A stretch of DNA of 30,061 nucleotides from IMG/VR virus record IMGVR_UViG_2675903378_000003, positions 1 to 30,061 of that record. One strand, given 5' to 3'. Each line of letters opens with the position of its first letter. Within the stretch, counting starts at the first letter, position 1. This DNA is from a virus. The translations under genes were made by a program, and so were the position numbers. The notes under the pieces are model-generated. The model ran no database searches. It worked only from the letters and a program-made list of their open reading frames with translations, and was not told the origin of the DNA. Positions 24,998-30,061 of the stretch are shown here, one piece after another.

Positions 24998-25577
24998 ACT
25001 CGCTCTCATCCGCACAGCCCAGGGCCTGGTCCCGGCGACCGAGGCAGATCGCGAAACCGTTCAGAAGTGGAAGGCCGGTCAGGTCGTCCATGGAAAATTC
25101 ACTCGGATGCGCAACGCCAAATTCCACGGGAAGTTCTTTGCGATGCTGGATTTGGCGTGGGAGTACTGGGAGCCGAAGGGCGGGCTGGTGCCCCGCCAGG
25201 AGATGCGTGGTATCCGCGGGCTTGCCAAGTACTTCGAGGATCTGAATGGCCGCCCTGGCCAGTTGCAGAACGCCGTCGCTGCGTATATCGCCAAGCTTGA
25301 GGCTGATCGCGCCGACCGCTTCCCCGCAGTCGAGAAGAGCCGCGAGGCTTTCCGGGAGTGGATAACCATCGAGGCCGGTCACTTCCACCTGATCCATACC
25401 CCGGATGGGGTTCGTAAGGAAGCCAAATCGATCAGTTGGGCCAGCATGGACGACTCGGCTTTTGAGCCCCTCTACCGGGATGTGTTCGCGGCCTGCTGGC
25501 GGCTGGTCCTTTCCTCTCACTTCGAAACCGAGGCTGACGCCATGGCGGCGGCTGATCAGATGGGGACTTTCGCATGA
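24990..25577 (+). CDS. DUF1367 family phage protein
   Basis: VAELALIRTAQGLVPATEADRETVQKWKAGQVVHGKFTRMRNAKFHGKFFAMLDLAWEYW; GTG start at 24990. Confidence 0.85.
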   Translation: MAELALIRTAQGLVPATEADRETVQKWKAGQVVHGKFTRMRNAKFHGKFFAMLDLAWEYWEPKGGLVPRQEMRGIRGLAKYFEDLNGRPGQLQNAVAAYIAKLEADRADRFPAVEKSREAFREWITIEAGHFHLIHTPDGVRKEAKSISWASMDDSAFEPLYRDVFAACWRLVLSSHFETEADAMAAADQMGTFA

Positions 25578-25837
25578 GCAAGTTCAAGGCGGGCGACCTC
25601 GCTCTAAATCTGCAAGAAATCCCAAACTGCATCAGCGCTGGAGTGGTAGTCGAGTTGATATCTCGACTTTCCCCGGGTGATCTATTTGTCGAAGACGGCC
25701 AGACCTTTCTGGTGAATCGGGCAGCCTGGTGGGTGCTCCATGAAGGTGATCGGCTCTACATCCCTGAACGGTATCTCATGCCCCTCCGCGGCGACTTCCA
25801 GCCCGAGCAGCAGAAGGCGAAGGAGGAAATCGTATGA
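25574..25837 (+). CDS. Hypothetical phage protein
   Basis: 87 aa; ATGA-coupled. Confidence 0.7.
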   Translation: MSKFKAGDLALNLQEIPNCISAGVVVELISRLSPGDLFVEDGQTFLVNRAAWWVLHEGDRLYIPERYLMPLRGDFQPEQQKAKEEIV

Positions 25838-26043
25838 ATCCTCGCATTGGCGTTGCTCTGTGGGTTTTGGATCGCCATGAGTGGAACTGGAGGAAGCTGA
25901 ATGAGTACGCCTTCATCATGCGCAAGAAGCTGGCCGCGAAGGCCGTCGCACTGATCGCCCATGACCGCATCTTGACCGACGAAATCCTTACTCGCGGGCT
26001 TCCTTCCTACTGGGACAGAGAAGCGAAGGAGGTGAAGGCGTGA
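25834..26043 (+). CDS. Hypothetical phage protein
   Basis: 69 aa; ATGA-coupled. Confidence 0.6.
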   Translation: MNPRIGVALWVLDRHEWNWRKLNEYAFIMRKKLAAKAVALIAHDRILTDEILTRGLPSYWDREAKEVKA

Positions 26044-26264
26044 ATACTTTTATTGGCATCTGCCTGGGCTTTTTCCTTTGCATGTTCTTGAACGCTGCCA
26101 TGCGCAACGAACGTGATAGCACCGATGCTCCTGGCGGACGCAGTGGAATGCGGCTGCACACTGACCACGCTACCGGCTTGCAGTATCTCAGTGTTCCAGG
26201 CGGGGGTATCACTCCGCGACTCGGGGTGGATGGGAAGCAAATGCGCGCGGATGGTGCCGAATGA
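26040..26264 (+). CDS. Hypothetical phage protein, N-terminal hydrophobic segment, DUF6440-like C-terminus
   Basis: DHATGLQYLSVPGGGITPRLGVDGKQM. Confidence 0.55.
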   Translation: MNTFIGICLGFFLCMFLNAAMRNERDSTDAPGGRSGMRLHTDHATGLQYLSVPGGGITPRLGVDGKQMRADGAE

Positions 26265-26842
26265 CCCTTTCCGCCCGCCAGCCAAAACCCAAAAAGTGCC
26301 AGAACACCGAGTGCGGCGCCAAGTTCATCCCGCAGCGCCTTGGCCAGTGCGTGTGCTCTCCTGCCTGCGCCCTGGCCATCAAGGACAAGCACGCCAAGCC
26401 GGCACGGAAGGCCATCGCAGACCGCGAGCGGAGGGAGGTCAGGGTTCGGAAGGAGAAGTTGAAGAGTCGGTCGGATCACCTGCGCGAGGCTCAGCAGGTC
26501 TTCAACGAGTTCATCCGCCTACGCGACGCGGATCAGCCGTGCATCAGTTGTGGCCGCCACCACGATGGGCAGTATCACGCTGGGCACTACCGCACGGTTG
26601 CCGCCAGCCCCGAGCTGCGTTTCGAGCCGCTGAACGTCCACAAACAATGTGCCCCATGCAACAACCACAAGTCCGGCGACATAGTGAATTACCGAATCAA
26701 CTTGGTGCGCAAGATCGGCGCCGAGAAGGTCGAGTGGCTGGAAGGCCCTCATGATCCCCTGAAGCTGACCATCGACGAAATCAAAGCGCTTAAGGCCAAG
26801 TTCAGGGCCTGGGTGCGCGAACTGAAGAGGGCAACGGCATGA
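26261..26842 (+). CDS. ninG: NinG/Rap recombination protein
   Basis: KCQNTECGAKFIPQRLGQCVCSPACA...AGHYRTVAASPELRFEPLNVHKQCAPCNNHKSGDIVNYRINLVRKIG. Confidence 0.92.
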   Translation: MTLSARQPKPKKCQNTECGAKFIPQRLGQCVCSPACALAIKDKHAKPARKAIADRERREVRVRKEKLKSRSDHLREAQQVFNEFIRLRDADQPCISCGRHHDGQYHAGHYRTVAASPELRFEPLNVHKQCAPCNNHKSGDIVNYRINLVRKIGAEKVEWLEGPHDPLKLTIDEIKALKAKFRAWVRELKRATA

Positions 26843-27174
26843 CCAAAGAAACTCTGACCATCGTTCTCTTCAGCATAGGGAGCGGTCTCATCGGTTATGC
26901 GATCGGTATTGCTGCCGCCTGGCTGGGAAACTGGTTCGCCGACGGTTATCACCCGCTGCTGCTGTCGAACATGGTCAGCACGCCAGGTGCTGAGGATGGT
27001 GAGCGCGCCAATGAATACCCCGATTATCTGGAGCCTCCGAGAGGCTGTTTCGGCATGTGCTGTGCCGGATGTGATGCTCGCTCGCAGGTCAACTCCAGGA
27101 GCAAAACAGTCAGCGAACAGACAGACCAATCTTACGTTTTAAACGCCGTGCTCAGCGCTCAAGGGGGCGAATGA
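26839..27174 (+). CDS. Hypothetical phage protein with N-terminal transmembrane segment
   Basis: MTKETLTIVLFSIGSGLIGYAIGIAAAWLGNWFADGYH...; coupled to both neighbours. Confidence 0.55.
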   Translation: MTKETLTIVLFSIGSGLIGYAIGIAAAWLGNWFADGYHPLLLSNMVSTPGAEDGERANEYPDYLEPPRGCFGMCCAGCDARSQVNSRSKTVSEQTDQSYVLNAVLSAQGGE

Positions 27175-27752
27175 TGATCTACACCAGCATTCTGTCTGCG
27201 GTCGTCTCCGCCCTGGCGGCGGAAACCATCGACAACACTGCTAAGCAAGCTTGGCAGAAGCTCTACCAGCCGGGTTACGCCGACAGTGAGGGGTTGGCAG
27301 GACTGATCAGGGCCTCTAACAGTTCGGGAATCAAGCGCATCGATGCCGATTGCTGGGTGCATGCCAGGCTACACAGCCAGCTCAAGCCTCGGCACTGGAA
27401 CGCATTGGTGGCCAAGTACAGTACTCACCGTGAGAAGAAGAAGGCTGCAATCGAGACCCTTATTCCCCTGGTCGCGACTCCAGCGCCACGCAGGTTCCTT
27501 GGGATGGCTGTCTATACCTGGGCTATCCCTAAGCTGAAGGGCGCAGATGGCAAGCGCTCAACCGACATGATTATTCTCGATGCCGTGTTCTACGACATGA
27601 ACAACTGGGAGTCTGAGGGTCGTCCAGAGCAGACCAGGCGCCGTTGGCGCTCTGGAATTCATAGCGTCCTGAATGAAATGCTCAAAGAGGCAGAGGTTGC
27701 GGCTGGTGAAATCCTGATGGCGGAAGGAATCATCTTCGGCGAAGCAGCATAG
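27171..27752 (+). CDS. Hypothetical phage protein in the Q (late regulator) position
   Basis: 193 aa; last gene before promoter-like sequence and intrinsic terminator; EQTRRRWRSGIHSVLNEMLKEAEVAAGEILMAEGII. Confidence 0.6.
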   Translation: MMIYTSILSAVVSALAAETIDNTAKQAWQKLYQPGYADSEGLAGLIRASNSSGIKRIDADCWVHARLHSQLKPRHWNALVAKYSTHREKKKAAIETLIPLVATPAPRRFLGMAVYTWAIPKLKGADGKRSTDMIILDAVFYDMNNWESEGRPEQTRRRWRSGIHSVLNEMLKEAEVAAGEILMAEGIIFGEAA

Positions 27753-27755
27753 GGC

Positions 27756-27785
27756 TTGCATTCAATGAGCGTTTGAGCGAATATT
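27756..27785 (+). promoter_or_regulatory. Candidate late promoter PR'
   Basis: TTGCAT (27756-27761), 18-nt spacer, AATATT (27780-27785); terminator ~47 nt downstream. Confidence 0.4.
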
Positions 27786-27831
27786 TCCCCATCCTGTCGA
27801 TCTTGCGCGTTGTGAGGATCGGTGGCTCTGA

Positions 27832-27857
27832 AGCCCTGGCATCTGCCGGGGCTTTTT
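27832..27857 (+). terminator. Intrinsic terminator (tR'-like)
   Basis: AGCCCTGGC-ATCT-GCCGGGGCT-TTTT. Confidence 0.85.
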
Positions 27858-27885
27858 CGTTTCCAGCCCAATGCGGAGTTCTGAA

Positions 27886-27984
27886 ATGTCTGCCGAATCG
27901 AAAGATGTTTGGCTGCTCAAGGGAATCGGCGGTGGCGCGCTGGTCCTGCTGCTCCTGGTTGGAGCGGCAGTGGTACTGATCTGA
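27886..27984 (+). CDS. Small predicted single-pass membrane protein (32 aa)
   Basis: Manually translated: MSAESKDVWLLKGIGGGALVLLLLVGAAVVLI*. Confidence 0.4.
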   Translation: MSAESKDVWLLKGIGGGALVLLLLVGAAVVLI

Positions 27985-28310
27985 ATCCTTCGGGTTGCGA
28001 CTACGCGGCCGGGATCGCCTTGGACACGCAGGCGTTAAAGTGAAGTGGGGGTCGGTGGAAGCCCGGCACGGAGTGAATGCGCAGGCTGATGCGCAAGGTT
28101 GCAGGGAGAACCCGTTAGGGAACTACCCGGTGAAAGGCCGGGTCGCTTGGCGGTTGTAGTACACACGCCCTGGGCTAACCGTAATGTCGGAGATCAGCGC
28201 CGGTCACTCCAAATCACGCATGCGGCAGAAGAAAGCAAGGGTCACCATTGGTGATCAAGGCGAAAGCCCCGGCTCCTTGCTCTGCGGGCGTGACGCCGGC
28301 TAGTCCGGCA
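27985..28310 (+). ncRNA. Candidate large structured noncoding RNA upstream of tRNA cluster
   Basis: Dense complementary arms, e.g. TCACGC/GCGTGA, GCAG/CTGC, AGCAAGG/CCTTGCT, TCACC/GGTGA, ACCCGG/CCGGGT, GCCGGG/CCCGGC, GCGAC/GTCGC, CGGTT/AACCG, GCCGG/CCGGC; no ORF of 60 aa or more supplied on + in this stretch. Confidence 0.5.
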
Positions 28311-28318
28311 CCTATTCC

Positions 28319-28395
<77 letters not shown>

Positions 28396-28406
28396 ACTCG
28401 ATTCAA

Positions 28407-28481
28407 TGACGTGTTGCTCAGAGGTAGAGCGGTCGGCTGTTACCCGATTGGTCGATGGTTCGATCCCATCAGCGTCAGCCA
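28407..28481 (+). tRNA. tRNA-Asn(GTT)
   Basis: TGACGTG/AGCGTCA acceptor (one wobble, one mismatch), D stem GCTC/GAGC, loop CTGTTAC, T-arm GATGG-TTCGATC-CCATC, encoded CCA. Confidence 0.88.
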
Positions 28482-28485
28482 ATAA

Positions 28486-28561
28486 GCCGGTATGGCGCAA
28501 CAGGGAGCGCTGCTGATTTGTAATCAGAGGGTTGCGGGTTCGACTCCTGCTGCCGGCACCA
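28486..28561 (+). tRNA. tRNA-Thr(TGT)
   Basis: GCCGGTA/TGCCGGC acceptor, anticodon loop TTTGTAA, T-arm GCGGG-TTCGACT-CCTGC, encoded CCA. Confidence 0.92.
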
Positions 28562-28613
28562 CACTACAAGGCCCAGGCAATGACCTGGGCTTTTCTGCAT
28601 CTGGAGTAAGCAA

Positions 28614-28946
28614 ATGGACCCGATGACGACCGTTGGCGGAGGTCTCTTCGCCAAGTACAGCGTCGCTATTGCCGGGTTCTGGGGGTCGATTCTGTCCCTT
28701 GGATTCCTGAGCGGCCTGAACCGCTGGCAAGCTGCGCTCGCTGTAGCAACCGGATTCGGGTGCTCAACCTATTGGACTGCTCCGGTTGCCGCATGGCTTT
28801 CGCGTGAGTACGAGATTCCGCTCGATGACGCATTTCTGAGTGGTGTCGCATTCACCATCGGTTTGCTGGCGATGAATATCATCCCCGGCCTGAAGGCGGC
28901 AGTAACGGCAATCACAGAGCGGTTCCTTCCTACGAGAGGAACCTGA
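28614..28946 (+). CDS. Holin-like phage membrane protein
   Basis: Hydrophobic segments YSVAIAGFWGSILSLGFL, LDDAFLSGVAFTIGLLAMNIIPG; position before late genes. Confidence 0.65.
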   Translation: MDPMTTVGGGLFAKYSVAIAGFWGSILSLGFLSGLNRWQAALAVATGFGCSTYWTAPVAAWLSREYEIPLDDAFLSGVAFTIGLLAMNIIPGLKAAVTAITERFLPTRGT

Positions 28947-28948
28947 TC

Positions 28949-29221
28949 ATGATCATGTCGATTCTGGCGGCGCTGGATGCGCTGCTGTGTGTGCTTGTCG
29001 TTGTAGCTGCTCTGGAGTTCCTGCGCACCGTCCAGTTGTCTGGGCAGCCGCTATTGGGTATCTCCTTCTACCTGGTGGCTGGTGGTGCATTCGGAATCCT
29101 GTACGGAATCATGAAGGGCGCACCGGTTAATCCATTTTCGGTGATCCTCCATGCTGGGCTCGTACTTTACGCCTGGTCCCGGCGCCGGCAGATATTCGGA
29201 AGCGACTGGTCGTGGAACTGA
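28949..29221 (+). CDS. Small phage membrane protein, possible holin/antiholin partner
   Basis: Three hydrophobic segments; immediately follows the holin-like gene. Confidence 0.6.
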   Translation: MIMSILAALDALLCVLVVVAALEFLRTVQLSGQPLLGISFYLVAGGAFGILYGIMKGAPVNPFSVILHAGLVLYAWSRRRQIFGSDWSWN

Positions 29222-29841
29222 AGCGACCTCACCCTCCAGAGACGATCGGGCAGTTCGCGGAAGGCGAAGACTGGGCGGACGCCTTTGTCCCCGCTCAGGA
29301 TGTTCTGGCTTGGGCGAAGTCAGTGTTAATCGATCCGAATGGAATCCTGGGCAATGAAGACCACGCCCACCTACAAGACGCTCCTCTCGCTTTCCTATGG
29401 GCCGCCTCCAGCTTCACCAAGCAGGGGAGGACGGTACTGGGTCAGTGCGAAGAGGTGACGTTCCGCTGTGGAGCCTGGCAGAAGGGAAGGCAGGAACAGC
29501 AGATGATCCGCTGGTTCGGATACCTGCCGAGGTTTCTGATCACCCTGGCTGCTGACTACTGCTCCCAGTGCTCCGACGCGGAGTTCTGCGCATTGGTCGA
29601 GCATGAGCTTTACCACATCTGCCAAGAGAACAACCAATACGGCGAGCCCAAGTTCACCGAGGAGGGCTTTCCAAAGCTGAAGCTCCGCGGGCATGACGTC
29701 GAGGAGTTCGTCGGCGTGGTGAGGCGATACGGCCCAAGCAAGGACGTGCAGCATCTCATCGACGCTGCTAGCAGGTCTCCAGAGGTGGCCAAAATCAACA
29801 TTTCGAGAGCCTGCGGTACGTGCCTGCTGAAGTCGGCATAG
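29212..29841 (+). CDS. Putative phage metallopeptidase
   Basis: FCALVEHELYHICQ contains HExxH; resembles putative phage metallopeptidase family proteins in this position. Confidence 0.8.
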   Translation: MELKRPHPPETIGQFAEGEDWADAFVPAQDVLAWAKSVLIDPNGILGNEDHAHLQDAPLAFLWAASSFTKQGRTVLGQCEEVTFRCGAWQKGRQEQQMIRWFGYLPRFLITLAADYCSQCSDAEFCALVEHELYHICQENNQYGEPKFTEEGFPKLKLRGHDVEEFVGVVRRYGPSKDVQHLIDAASRSPEVAKINISRACGTCLLKSA

Positions 29842-29872
29842 CCACGACAGGCCCATGACAGGAAGAAAAACG

Positions 29873-30061
29873 ATGGCAACCCTGAACAGCGACGTGAAGG
29901 CGTTCATCGTTCAGGCGCTGGCCTGTTTCGATACGCCATCCCAGGTTGCGGAATCGGTCAAGAAGGAATTCGGCATCGAGGTCAGTCGGCAGCAGATCGA
30001 GTCGCACGACCCGAACAAGGTGTGCAGCAAGGGCCTCTTATACACATCTGACGCTGCCGAC
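29873..30061 (+). CDS. DUF2280 family phage protein, truncated and running into adapter sequence
   Basis: MATLNSDVKAFIVQALACFDTPSQVAESVKKEFGIEVSRQQIESHDPNKVCSKG, then adapter-encoded YTSDAAD. Confidence 0.8.
   Translation, partial: MATLNSDVKAFIVQALACFDTPSQVAESVKKEFGIEVSRQQIESHDPNKVCSKGLLYTSDAAD
30035..30061 (+). other. Nextera/Tn5 mosaic-end adapter sequence (artefact)
   Basis: CTCTTATACACATCTGACGCTGCCGAC matches 27 nt of the Nextera adapter CTGTCTCTTATACACATCTGACGCTGCCGACGA. Confidence 0.95.

Noticed and set aside
26113-26754. 213-aa + ORF overlapping ninG
   Set aside because: Out of frame with the clearly recognisable NinG protein; R/P/A-rich out-of-frame translation.
27773-27979. 68-aa + ORF across the tR'-like terminator
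   Set aside because: Runs through the terminator hairpin and has a C/W-rich nonsense-like translation; the alternative 32-aa frame is slightly better supported but still tentative.

Overview
The window is the left and central part of an integrated lambdoid siphovirus-type prophage, probably in Pseudomonas aeruginosa or a close relative, joined to a host YbiT-like ABC-F ATPase gene (1-1590, -). A DUF3596-type tyrosine integrase and an excisionase-like gene abut the host gene. A leftward early operon of about 16 kb follows. It carries many small phage ORFs, a Bet/RecT + YqaJ exonuclease + SSB recombination module, an Rmf/CrpP-fold-like protein and two AP2/HNH-like endonucleases. The immunity region (about 18.15-19.76 kb) contains a CI-like repressor, Cro-like and CII-like genes, and a lipoprotein gene between cI and the putative OL. 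I found five sites built on TTTAG-N4-CTAAA in two clusters, overlapping promoter-like PL and PR. Rightward genes include a T5orf172/GIY-YIG-like protein, an O-like replication protein with an in-gene 42-bp tandem repeat (candidate origin), a TOPRIM/DnaB-like primase-helicase, a TraR/DksA-like protein, a third HNH-like endonuclease, DUF1367, NinG, a candidate late regulator, a PR'-tR'-like element, three tRNAs (Gly, Asn, Thr), two holin-like proteins, a putative metallopeptidase and a truncated DUF2280 gene. The most interesting unexplained signals are: (i) a ~325-nt region of dense inverted repeats between the late terminator and the tRNAs (27985-28310); (ii) a complex of mutually exclusive inverted repeats at 5348-5446; (iii) a tRNA-acceptor/D-arm-like perfect inverted repeat at 3073-3116; (iv) the lipoprotein moron in the rex-like position; (v) a candidate sRNA/3'UTR at 14812-15004. 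The last 27 nt (30035-30061) match the Nextera/Tn5 adapter and are an assembly artefact. All homology calls are from memory of protein families; no database search was run.
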